A program made the position numbers and the translations under genes. The notes below the pieces were generated by a model. That model had not been told where the DNA came from, ran no database searches, and worked only from the letters and a program-made list of their open reading frames with translations. From Nitrospirota bacterium (GTDB lineage: Bacteria > Nitrospirota > UBA9217), in the NCBI GenBank assembly GCA_035623825.1, contig DASPSR010000050.1, positions 1 to 53,239 of the forward strand: a stretch of DNA of 53,239 bases, written 5' to 3'. Positions 20,484-28,826 of this stretch are shown here, in pieces (within the stretch, counting starts at the first letter, position 1; every line of letters begins with the position of its first letter).

Positions 20484-20765
20484 ATGAAAGTAAGGTCGGT
20501 CATCGTGCTTTTTGCCATTACTCTCGGCGTCCTTTCTCCTCTTTCCGTTCATCTGACAATTGCGCAGGGGCAGACGTCTATCGGTACCTTCGATGTCTGC
20601 CATGCGGGTGCTCCTGCCCTCTCAATAAGCAACGATATGCCGTGCGTAAATCAGCCGCTTTACCACCCGATCCTTCCATCGTGTGTGGAGAGTGCTGAAA
20701 TACTTGATCCCACGCTCAAGCCTCTCATTTCAATCTTTCAAAAAGAACATCCTCCGAAAATCTGA
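20484..20765 (+). CDS. Small DUF2946-like membrane/leader protein
   Basis: N-terminal hydrophobic helix, central DVCH and MPC ligands, C-terminal EHPPKI. Confidence 0.6.
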   Translation: MKVRSVIVLFAITLGVLSPLSVHLTIAQGQTSIGTFDVCHAGAPALSISNDMPCVNQPLYHPILPSCVESAEILDPTLKPLISIFQKEHPPKI

Positions 20766-20900
20766 CGTTCACGTCCAATAGAACTGATGAATCGCTTCGT
20801 TCGTCCGCTGCAGGGCGTGCGACAGTACGCGCATGAGCGGCACGTTACGTGGTCGATCTCACCCTCGACACTCGCACTGTTTCAAAATGAGGTGATAGGA

Positions 20901-21401
20901 ATGAATCTGGTGAAGTTTCTTGTCACTATGTTTCTTCTCGTGTTCATGCGGCCCGTTTTTACCCAGGCAGGTCAGGTCGGGAGCGTTGCACCGGGTTTCA
21001 GTCTCACAGATTTGAACGGCAAAGCAAGCACCCTCCAGCAGTTCAAGGGCAAGGTCGTGTTCCTCGATTTTTGGGCGCCCTGGTGCGACTCGTGCCGGGA
21101 AGAGCTTCCCGCGCTAGATGCACTGTATAAGAAATACAAAAACGATGGGCTTGAGATTATCGGCATCGATATGGACCCTTCCGAAAAGCTCGTACGTGAA
21201 TTTCTCCAAAAGGGCCCAATCACCTTCACCATCCTTATAGACAGGAAGGGCGCTATGAGAAGGGAATATCGCGTCCGAACCTTGCCGACGGCGTTTATCA
21301 TCGGGAAGGACGGGGTAATACGCTCTATGCACATGGGCTTCGGCAAGGAGTTTCTCCAGATATATGAAAAAGAAATTGTTGAGCTCTTGCAGCACCCTTA
21401 A
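20901..21401 (+). CDS. TlpA/ResA family thiol-disulfide oxidoreductase
   Basis: KGKVVFLDFWAPWCDSCREELP; LPTAFIIGKDGVI; SD GAGGTG before ATG 20901. Confidence 0.92.
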   Translation: MNLVKFLVTMFLLVFMRPVFTQAGQVGSVAPGFSLTDLNGKASTLQQFKGKVVFLDFWAPWCDSCREELPALDALYKKYKNDGLEIIGIDMDPSEKLVREFLQKGPITFTILIDRKGAMRREYRVRTLPTAFIIGKDGVIRSMHMGFGKEFLQIYEKEIVELLQHP

Positions 21402-21434
21402 ATCAGATTAGACGGATCGAAGAGGAGATTCCGC

Positions 21435-22496
21435 ATGAGAGTAAAAAAAGATTTCGCTCTGAGAACCATTCAAAATAAGATTTTTCGTCAATTATGCAAC
21501 ACATCAGCTGCGCTTGTTCTAGCTATAACCACGGTATTCCTGAATTCGGCAGATGTCATGGCCTGTGCTAGCTGCGGCTGCACATTGAGTTCCGATTGGG
21601 AAAACACACAGTTTTCCTACACACCGGGACTAAAGCTTGATCTTCGCTACGACTATATCAATCAGAATAAGCTCTGGAGCGGGTCGAAGTCGATTTCTCC
21701 CACTGCCGCGAGCCAGGTCATTGTCAACGGCAATCCGAACGAAGTGGAACAATATACCATAAACAATTACCTGACGCTCGGAATCGACTACAGCATGAGC
21801 CACGACTGGGGGGTAAATATACAAGTACCCTATATTGACCGGAAGCACAGCACGTTGGGAATGGGGTCGGATGGATTTACCCCGGTACCTGGCGGTGGAC
21901 AATATGAATCACACACCAAGAGTATCGGCGATGTCAAGGTAATCGGACGCTACCAGGGCTTTACGCCGCAGTGCAGCTTCGGCATTCTGTACGGGGTCAA
22001 GCTGCCGACCGGAAGCTATACCGAGACGGGATCATCGACGGACCCAACAGCGCCCGGTCCGGTACCGATTGACCGCGGCCTGCAGCCGGGAACCGGTACA
22101 ACCGATATCATCCTGGGAGCCTATTACTCCAATAGCATAGGTCAGGATTGGGATTACTTCGCCTCGGTACTCTATCAGAAAGCGCTGGACTATAAAGATC
22201 AGTACAAGCCCGGTGATGGCGTCAATCTCAACGCGGGTTTGCGTTATGCGGGCTTTTCCGTTTTTGCCCCCATAGTCCAGCTGAACTTCCGGGAAGTTCG
22301 ACACGATGAGGGCGACAACGCGGACCAGTACAATACCGGCGGGACACTCCTGTATTTCAGCCCGGGGATCACGGCTTCGATCAGCACGCACGTTTCAGTG
22401 TACGTCTTCGCTCAAGTGCCCATTTATCAGTACGTGGAAGGAGTGCAGCTTGTGCCGAGTTTCACCTCTACTGTAGGCGTACGCTATTCATTCTGA
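21435..22496 (+). CDS. Outer-membrane beta-barrel transporter (MetA-pathway-of-phenol-degradation-like) with N-terminal CASCGC motif
   Basis: Signal peptide then CASCGC; GVKLPTG and LQPGTGT motifs; C-terminal GVRYSF. Confidence 0.8.
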   Translation: MRVKKDFALRTIQNKIFRQLCNTSAALVLAITTVFLNSADVMACASCGCTLSSDWENTQFSYTPGLKLDLRYDYINQNKLWSGSKSISPTAASQVIVNGNPNEVEQYTINNYLTLGIDYSMSHDWGVNIQVPYIDRKHSTLGMGSDGFTPVPGGGQYESHTKSIGDVKVIGRYQGFTPQCSFGILYGVKLPTGSYTETGSSTDPTAPGPVPIDRGLQPGTGTTDIILGAYYSNSIGQDWDYFASVLYQKALDYKDQYKPGDGVNLNAGLRYAGFSVFAPIVQLNFREVRHDEGDNADQYNTGGTLLYFSPGITASISTHVSVYVFAQVPIYQYVEGVQLVPSFTSTVGVRYSF

Positions 22497-22715
22497 AGAT
22501 GTTCATGTCGGATTGTTGCAGACTAGGACAGGCTTAGAACATTGTCACCTTGCTTATTGCGATATGATGCGTGCTATACTTCATACTGACAGCAGATTAT
22601 TCCCGGGAAAGGAGGTGGAATTAAGCAGAAATCAAACATATTTTCTTACCAGGGTCACCGGTATTAAGACAGATGACAGATATTGCAACGATATGAAAGA
22701 AAATGAAAAGGAGAT

Positions 22716-23486
22716 ATGTCTATGAAAAACCAGAAGAGGCTTTTATATGCAGCGCTAACTTTTGCATTCTTGCTTTCCGCTGGACCATTTTGCAGCGCCC
22801 GCGCGGAAGAGATGACGCACGAACACGGAAGTGATGCTTCCATGCAGATGCACCATCTGCATGTCCTAATGAACCACGGTCTTGAGATGGTCGTAGAGGG
22901 CTCCAACATGGTCATGCTGGCCGATATGAAGATGGCTCCGTCGATGGATCCCATGACGGCAGAACACGGCCGTGCCATGATCAAAAGCGGCAGGGAGGTC
23001 ATTGAGCATGCCTTGAAAGGGCCCGAGATGCAAGCCATGCACAAGGCCGGCCACGGCGATGCGCCTCTCATGAAATATACCCACGAACTGGGTGAAGCGG
23101 AGTTATCGGTGGTGAATATGCTCGAAAAGATGGGTATGGAGGGCCCCATGTCGGACGATATGATGGCCATGCATCATATGCACATCATGATGAACCACGC
23201 CCTGGAGATGGCCGCGCAGGGATCTAACATGGTCATGCTCGGGCAGATGGGGATGGCTGGGGATATTGACAAGTATTCCATAGACCACGGGAAAATGATG
23301 CTTTCCGACGCTAAAGCGATGGTAAACGAGGTCATGGGAGGAAAGTCCATGACTGACATGCACCAGAAGGGTGTCACCGGAGGTAATGCAACGATGGCGG
23401 AAACACATAAGATTGGCGACGCGGCAAAGAAGGTCGTCGATCTCCTCGATACGATGGCTTCAGCAGGTGCAATGAAGATGAAGTAG
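22716..23486 (+). CDS. Periplasmic Met/His-rich, internally duplicated protein (putative copper-binding)
   Basis: Signal peptide ending ARA; two 107-aa repeats; about 40 Met and 18 His in about 226 mature residues (hand count); SD AAGGAG. Confidence 0.8.
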   Translation: MSMKNQKRLLYAALTFAFLLSAGPFCSARAEEMTHEHGSDASMQMHHLHVLMNHGLEMVVEGSNMVMLADMKMAPSMDPMTAEHGRAMIKSGREVIEHALKGPEMQAMHKAGHGDAPLMKYTHELGEAELSVVNMLEKMGMEGPMSDDMMAMHHMHIMMNHALEMAAQGSNMVMLGQMGMAGDIDKYSIDHGKMMLSDAKAMVNEVMGGKSMTDMHQKGVTGGNATMAETHKIGDAAKKVVDLLDTMASAGAMKMK

Positions 23487-23494
23487 ACTGTTGG

Positions 23495-23523
23495 GGGGCA
23501 GGGTTCAGCCCCTGCCCCTTTTT
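23495..23523 (+). terminator. Rho-independent terminator
   Basis: GGGGCAGGG-ttcagc-CCCTGCCCC perfect 9-bp stem followed by TTTTT. Confidence 0.8.
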
Positions 23524-23543
23524 GAGAAAACGTGGAGAAAAAA

Positions 23544-24479
23544 ATGAGCGACGATACGGTGAAACAAGTAGCTGGCAATGTATGGCGATTGCTTATTGCT
23601 CTTCTTGTTATGGCTATTGTCCCGGCTGTATCATTTGCCCATGGCGTCGCGGGGCAGCGGTTTTTCCCTACTACCTTTGCCGTTGACGACCCGTTCATTT
23701 CCGATGAGTTTTCCGTGCTTTATAATTCCTTTAAGATGAACGATTTGACGGGCGGGCCTCGGGTTCAAACCTCGTCTGTCGACGTCGGGTATTCAAAACG
23801 CATCTTACCTAATTTCGGGATAGAGCTCGATCAGGGATACGAGCGGAACCATACTGAAGGAGATGGGACGACAAGCGGTTTCGGCAATCTCGCCGTGAAT
23901 GTGAAATACCAGTTCTATACAAGCGCCGAGCATGAAACGATCCTTTCCTTTGGAGTTTCGGATACTATCGGCAAGACGGGGAACGGAAACGTGTCCGACC
24001 AGTTCTCGACGATCTCGCCGGCTTTCTTTTTCGGCAAAGGCTTAGGGGACCTGTTCGAGTCAACGAGTCTGCTGAGACCACTCGCCGTTACGGGAGTCAT
24101 CGGACCGAACTTTCCCGCGCCTTCGATTACGAATGGTGTGCGCAACCCAACGACGCTTACCTGGGCGTTCACGCTCCAGTACAGCCTGATGTACCTCCAG
24201 TCCGTTGTGAAGGACGTGGGGTTGGGTCAACCTTTCAACCGGATGGTCGCCGTGGTCGAATTCCCGATGGAAACCTGCCTCAACGCGGACTGTAAGAATC
24301 AGACGACCGGGACCGTCAATCCGGGATTAACGTGGATCGGGAAATTCACAGAGCTTGGCATTGCGGCGGAAATCCCCATGAACCCGCGATCGGGAGCGGG
24401 CACCGGGGTGTTTGTCCTTTTTCACCTCTTTATCGATGACCTGTTTCCGAACGGCATCGGGAAACCGATATTCCCGTGA
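23544..24479 (+). CDS. Putative outer-membrane beta-barrel of copC/copD operons (mature N-terminal His)
   Basis: Signal peptide ending SFA, then HGVAGQRFFPTTFAVDDPFISDE; amphipathic strands; overlaps copC. Confidence 0.75.
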   Translation: MSDDTVKQVAGNVWRLLIALLVMAIVPAVSFAHGVAGQRFFPTTFAVDDPFISDEFSVLYNSFKMNDLTGGPRVQTSSVDVGYSKRILPNFGIELDQGYERNHTEGDGTTSGFGNLAVNVKYQFYTSAEHETILSFGVSDTIGKTGNGNVSDQFSTISPAFFFGKGLGDLFESTSLLRPLAVTGVIGPNFPAPSITNGVRNPTTLTWAFTLQYSLMYLQSVVKDVGLGQPFNRMVAVVEFPMETCLNADCKNQTTGTVNPGLTWIGKFTELGIAAEIPMNPRSGAGTGVFVLFHLFIDDLFPNGIGKPIFP

Positions 24480-24865
24480 TGAACATTTCGCGATCATCTG
24501 ACGCCTGGAAAGCGGCTGTGCTCCTCATTCTGGTGTTTCTCTTCATCATGCCCGGCGTCGCCCGGGGCCATGCATACCCTGATCACGCAGAGCCGAAGGT
24601 GGGCGCTACTGTCACAACGCCCCCCGCGGTCGTACGCATCTGGTTCGATAGCGACCTGGAGCCGGTCTTTTCCTCGATCATGGTCCATGCTGCGAAGGAC
24701 GACGTGATGGTGGATAAACGCGACGGTCGCGTGGATAAGTCAGATCCCAAGCTTCTCGAGGTCAGTGTGCCCACATTGCCTCCCGGCGAATACATCGTCT
24801 ACTGGAATGTTGTAGCAAGGGATGGGCATCGGACCTCGGGTAACTACCGATTCAAGATTAAGTGA
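24476..24865 (+). CDS. copC: Copper resistance/uptake periplasmic protein CopC
   Basis: Mature N-terminus HAYPDHAEP; PGEYIVYWNVVARDGH motif. Confidence 0.93.
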   Translation: MMNISRSSDAWKAAVLLILVFLFIMPGVARGHAYPDHAEPKVGATVTTPPAVVRIWFDSDLEPVFSSIMVHAAKDDVMVDKRDGRVDKSDPKLLEVSVPTLPPGEYIVYWNVVARDGHRTSGNYRFKIK

Positions 24866-24884
24866 GAAAGGAGTTCGGCTGTCC

Positions 24885-25922
24885 ATGGACAACATTATCC
24901 ACAGCATGCCTCTTTGGGTCGAGCTCATCTCCTTGGCTTTCTTAACAGGAGTTCTTATCTTTTTTCTTTTGGTCCTTTCTGACACGGGACACCCTGATCC
25001 TGGCCTTCGAAATCGCCTGTGGCTCCTTTTTATTGTCGCCGTATCGATGGCTATAACGGTAAGCGCCATCGATTTCCTCCAACGCGTCGCGGAGATGAGC
25101 GGGGATACGGTCCTGTCCAGTTTCTCCTCGGTTCCTACTGCGCTGCTTAAAACGCACTCAGGCCGAGTCTGGCTCATCCGCATCGCATGTCTTGTTCTCA
25201 TGCTGGCGACAGGAATTATCCGAAAGGCTCGCGACACGCGTCTGGTCCTCATCGCCCTGTTCTGTCTCAACGCTATCATTGCCCTGACAGAGAGCGCTTC
25301 AGGGCATGCTTCTGACAAAGGGGATTTCAGCCTGGCCGAAATCATGGATTGGATCCATCTTCTCGGAGCACTGGTGTGGGCAGGCGGGATATTCATGCTT
25401 TCCTTTGTGATTTTTCCCCGCGTATCGAGCCTGGACGGCAAAGATTTCCACACCCTTGCGCGCCGGGCCGCGCGATTTTCGGCAATTGCAGGTATTGCGG
25501 TCCTTGCCGTCGTTTTAACGGCGCTTTACAACGCACTGGTCTATGTTGGCTCCGTCAATGCCCTGGTGCACACATCATATGGACTTACTATTTCGGCAAA
25601 AATGGCCATGCTTTTCCTGCTCCTTTTGCTCGCCGCCTATAACCGATATATAAGCGTACCCGCCCTCGTACAATCTGCGGGTCTCAATCCGGTCACGATT
25701 GGATTCATATCTCGGTTCGTAAAAAAGATTTCTTCACGCTTTTCGCTGAATAAGACAGGAGTCGATGCTTTCATATTCTTCAAACGCGCCGTCCGCTTCG
25801 AAGTGTTTCTGATGCTCGCTTTGTTGCTCTGCGCGGCCCTGCTGCGGCATGAGATCCCTGCGCGTCATGCCATGCACGGTGATCATCCCGGAGCTCCTCT
25901 GCATGAGCATATGCGTCATTGA
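24885..25922 (+). CDS. copD: Copper inner-membrane protein CopD
   Basis: SGHAS, DWIHLLGALVWAGG, RFSAIA and YG..ISAK motifs; His/Met-rich C-terminal tail; follows copC. Confidence 0.9.
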   Translation: MDNIIHSMPLWVELISLAFLTGVLIFFLLVLSDTGHPDPGLRNRLWLLFIVAVSMAITVSAIDFLQRVAEMSGDTVLSSFSSVPTALLKTHSGRVWLIRIACLVLMLATGIIRKARDTRLVLIALFCLNAIIALTESASGHASDKGDFSLAEIMDWIHLLGALVWAGGIFMLSFVIFPRVSSLDGKDFHTLARRAARFSAIAGIAVLAVVLTALYNALVYVGSVNALVHTSYGLTISAKMAMLFLLLLLAAYNRYISVPALVQSAGLNPVTIGFISRFVKKISSRFSLNKTGVDAFIFFKRAVRFEVFLMLALLLCAALLRHEIPARHAMHGDHPGAPLHEHMRH

Positions 25923-25962
25923 AACAGCGGACGATGGAGATGGGCGGCCAAACTAAAAATCC

Positions 25963-25991
25963 TTGACAGATTCGTCTTAATGGGATACTTT
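25963..25991 (+). promoter_or_regulatory. nikR promoter TTGACA-N17-TACTTT
   Basis: Consensus -35, 17-nt spacer, plausible -10. Confidence 0.55.
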
Positions 25992-26016
25992 CTCAAAAAT
26001 GCAATGGGGAGGCCTT

Positions 26017-26436
26017 ATGTCCGGCGTTTCACGTTTTGGCGTTTCCATCGATAGCCAGCTTGGGAAAAGGTTTGATGAGCATATCAAGCGCAAAGGCTAT
26101 TCCACCCGGTCCGAGGCCATTCGGGATATGATCCGGGATGTCCTTGTGGAGGAACAGTGGGAATCGGGCAAGCAGGAGACCGTGGGGACCATAACCATCG
26201 TCTATAATCATCACACCCGCGAACTGGATCACGCATTGACGGATATGCAGCACCAATCCTATCACCAGATCATATCAGCACTTCACGTACATCTAGACGC
26301 CCACAACTGCCTTGAAGTGCTGGTTGTCAGGGGCAAGAGCCCGGAGATTAAGAAGATTTCCGATCGTCTGATCGGCACTAAGGGCGTGAAACACGGCAAA
26401 TTGACTATGACAACCACCGGCAAAGAGTTAGAATAG
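26017..26436 (+). CDS. nikR: Nickel-responsive transcriptional regulator NikR
   Basis: Ribbon-helix-helix [16 protein letters not shown]; Ni site [16 protein letters not shown]; GVKHGKL. Confidence 0.96.
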   Translation: MSGVSRFGVSIDSQLGKRFDEHIKRKGYSTRSEAIRDMIRDVLVEEQWESGKQETVGTITIVYNHHTRELDHALTDMQHQSYHQIISALHVHLDAHNCLEVLVVRGKSPEIKKISDRLIGTKGVKHGKLTMTTTGKELE

Positions 26437-26528
26437 AGCTGTTTTATTATCCTCCTCACATGTAATCAATTTCCAACGAATGCCCTCCTGAGTGATCGTC
26501 GCATTCATATTCATGCTCGACAAGCCGC

Positions 26529-26574
26529 TTGACAATTGCCATCACTTGTGTTACTTTTCTGTAAATAGTAGCAC
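26529..26574 (+). promoter_or_regulatory. exbB promoter (TTGACA-N17-TACTTT) overlapped by NikR operator GTGTTAC-N13-GTAGCAC (26548-26574)
   Basis: Inverted repeat with a 13-nt AT-rich spacer, matching the deltaproteobacterial (Geobacter-type) NikR site; covers the -10. Confidence 0.85.
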
Positions 26575-26706
26575 TTAATAGCACAATTATAAATTTCGTA
26601 GCTACTACCTCCTCAATGAGTCCCGGGTAAAAGTTGATCATCTCTGGTTAAAGACAGCCGGAACACGTTCCGGTCCAAAAATGCCGCAAAGGAGTGAGAA
26701 AATAAA

Positions 26707-27129
26707 ATGGAGTGGCTCAAAGTCACGATCGATTACGGTATCCTGGGATTAATGCTGCTTTTAAGTATTGTGGCAGTTGCAATTGCAATTGAGAGGCATC
26801 TTGTCTTCAAGAATCTAAAATTAGACAGTTTTCCCGATAAGAAAACCCTTGAACTGAAGCTTACCGAGAAGCTTCACCTCATCGCTACCATTGGAAGCAA
26901 TGCTCCCTACATTGGTTTGCTCGGCACGGTGCTTGGCATCATGCTGACTTTTTATACTATGGGAAAAGAGGGATTTATGGATACGGGGAAGATAATGGTT
27001 GGCCTAGCGCTCGCCCTGAAGGCCACCGCCGCCGGGCTTTTCGTTGCTATCCCCTCTGTAGCTCTTTACAATCTTCTCGTAAGAAGGGCTAAGGTTCTGA
27101 TTATGCTATGGGAGATAAAAAATGTTTGA
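26707..27129 (+). CDS. exbB: TonB-system energizer ExbB (short type)
   Basis: [21 protein letters not shown] and [15 protein letters not shown]. Confidence 0.93.
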   Translation: MEWLKVTIDYGILGLMLLLSIVAVAIAIERHLVFKNLKLDSFPDKKTLELKLTEKLHLIATIGSNAPYIGLLGTVLGIMLTFYTMGKEGFMDTGKIMVGLALALKATAAGLFVAIPSVALYNLLVRRAKVLIMLWEIKNV

Positions 27130-27502
27130 GAAGGAGTTTGATTATATCAACGTTGTCCCGCTTGTTGACGTAATGCTGGTGCTTCTCACGATCGTGCTAA
27201 CGACGTCTACGTTCATCGCTACCGGGGCAATTCCGGTCGAGCTTCCACGGGCGGCAAAAAACCCATCGGAGATTCTAAAGACACTCTCCATAGAAATTGA
27301 CTCGAGAGGGGGGATATATCTCAACTCGCAGCCTGTTACGCTTGATGGTCTGAGGAATTCGTTGAAGTCGACTTCAAAAGAGACGCCTGTCCTCATCAGG
27401 GCGGACAGGAATATCCACCTTCAGGCGTTCGTGGACGTACTTGATATCGTTAAAAACCTTGAGTTCAAGCGGGCAAGCCTCCAGACAGAAGAAATCAAAT
27501 GA
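27122..27502 (+). CDS. exbD: Biopolymer transporter ExbD
   Basis: [18 protein letters not shown]; LIRADR..FVDVLD. Confidence 0.93.
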   Translation: MFEKEFDYINVVPLVDVMLVLLTIVLTTSTFIATGAIPVELPRAAKNPSEILKTLSIEIDSRGGIYLNSQPVTLDGLRNSLKSTSKETPVLIRADRNIHLQAFVDVLDIVKNLEFKRASLQTEEIK

Positions 27503-27503
27503 G

Positions 27504-28136
27504 ATGAAGTATCAACTTGCCGGATTACAAGTTTCTGTGCTTATTCATTTGGCAGCGTTCCTGCTGTTCTTCGGTGTCAGCCGAATGCTGTCTGTACAAA
27601 GTGCACCCATAACCATTGAGCTCGGGATGCTCTCCGGTTCGGCAGGTGCCGCAAGAAGCGAGGTCCGCGAAAAGAGTGAACCTCGAAATAAGAAAAAACA
27701 ATTCGTGAAACCGACGGTTCAACAGCAGGAAGCGCCATCTGAGACGACCGTGGCCGAGAAGCCGGCAGTGAAGCAGGAACAGGCATCCGCGCCAGAAGCT
27801 TCTGATGCGTCACAGAAGGCAGGCGAGTTTGGGTTCAACGATAACGCGGCCGAAGTGGTTGGTCCTATCTTCGATGTTGATTACCTTCATAACCCCAAGC
27901 CCCAATATCCGCCGATCGCCCGACGAATGAGGCTAGAAGGTACAGTCATAATTCATGTGCTGGTAAATTCGACCGGGAAGCCGGAAGTCGTAAGTCTTGG
28001 GAAGAGTTCAGGAGCGGCTGTGTTGGATCAGGCTGCACTCAATGCCGTGCAGAACTGGTCTTTCTTGCCAGCTCGTCAAGGCAATAAAACCGTACCGGCC
28101 TGGATCGACGTCCCTATACATTTTCATCTTATCTAA
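27504..28136 (+). CDS. tonB: Energy transducer TonB
   Basis: TM with SVLIH; PKPQYPPIARRMRLEGTV; SSG..LDQAALNAVQNW. Confidence 0.92.
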   Translation: MKYQLAGLQVSVLIHLAAFLLFFGVSRMLSVQSAPITIELGMLSGSAGAARSEVREKSEPRNKKKQFVKPTVQQQEAPSETTVAEKPAVKQEQASAPEASDASQKAGEFGFNDNAAEVVGPIFDVDYLHNPKPQYPPIARRMRLEGTVIIHVLVNSTGKPEVVSLGKSSGAAVLDQAALNAVQNWSFLPARQGNKTVPAWIDVPIHFHLI

Positions 28137-28225
28137 ATCGTTTTTTCGTATTGAAATACATTCATAGAACCGTTTGCCATGGATAATTCACCTTGGAGGA
28201 GGGCACCTCTCGAAGATAAGAGAGC

Positions 28226-28341
28226 GCTGGTTGTCAGGGGCAAAGCCGGGAGATTAAGAAGATTTCCGATCGGCTGATCGGCAATAAGGGAGTAAAACTC
28301 GGCAAACTGACTATTACAACCACGGCAAAGAGCTTGAATAG
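28226..28341 (+). pseudogene. nikR: Decayed duplicate of the nikR 3' end
   Basis: Aligns at nucleotide level to 26319-26436 including the stop, with frameshifting 1-nt deletions; no start. Confidence 0.88.
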
Positions 28342-28439
28342 GATTTTATTACATCGGTAACCGCCCTTTCGAATCATTTTCCCCAAACTCCACTCCGATA
28401 CCAATCACCGCTTGTTTTTTCTTTCCTGAAATAAACACC

Positions 28440-28517
28440 TTGACAGATTTTACTATATGTGCTACTAATATAAAAATCGTAACACTATAAACATACGTAA
28501 ATAAAAATCGTAACACT
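28440..28517 (+). promoter_or_regulatory. Promoter with tandem NikR operators (GTGCTAC-N13-GTAACAC at 28459-28485; weaker AACATAC-N13-GTAACAC at 28490-28516)
   Basis: TTGACA at 28440; 17-nt direct repeat ATAAAAATCGTAACACT at 28470 and 28501. Confidence 0.85.
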
Positions 28518-28689
28518 CGCTTTTTTTGTTGCTTTCTTAACCAAGGGTTGTGCTTAATACGGCCATTAAAACCTGTACGCCTGGATAAAGTTCGGAAACG
28601 AGTGAGACCCGTCGTGGGTTGGACCTGAATCCTGCCGAGTGCAACTGCAAGGCCCTTCTTTGAACAAAATGATCGCAAAGGAAATTATT

Positions 28690-28801
28690 GCCCGACGAAT
28701 GAAGGTAGAAGGTACACTCATAGTTCATGCGCTGGTAAATTCGACCGGAAAGCCGGAAGTCGTAAGTTGGGAAGAGTTGAGGAGCGGCTGTGTTGGATCA
28801 G
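28690..28801 (+). pseudogene. tonB: Decayed duplicate internal fragment of tonB
   Basis: Aligns to 27918-28031 with a 2-nt deletion (gtcttggg to gttggg). Confidence 0.88.
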
Positions 28802-28826
28802 CCTTTCACTTCGGAGGAGGGCCCGC

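Noticed and set aside
28459-28517. Direct repeats as CRISPR or iteron
   Set aside because: Only two copies, explained by tandem NikR operators; no cas or rep genes.
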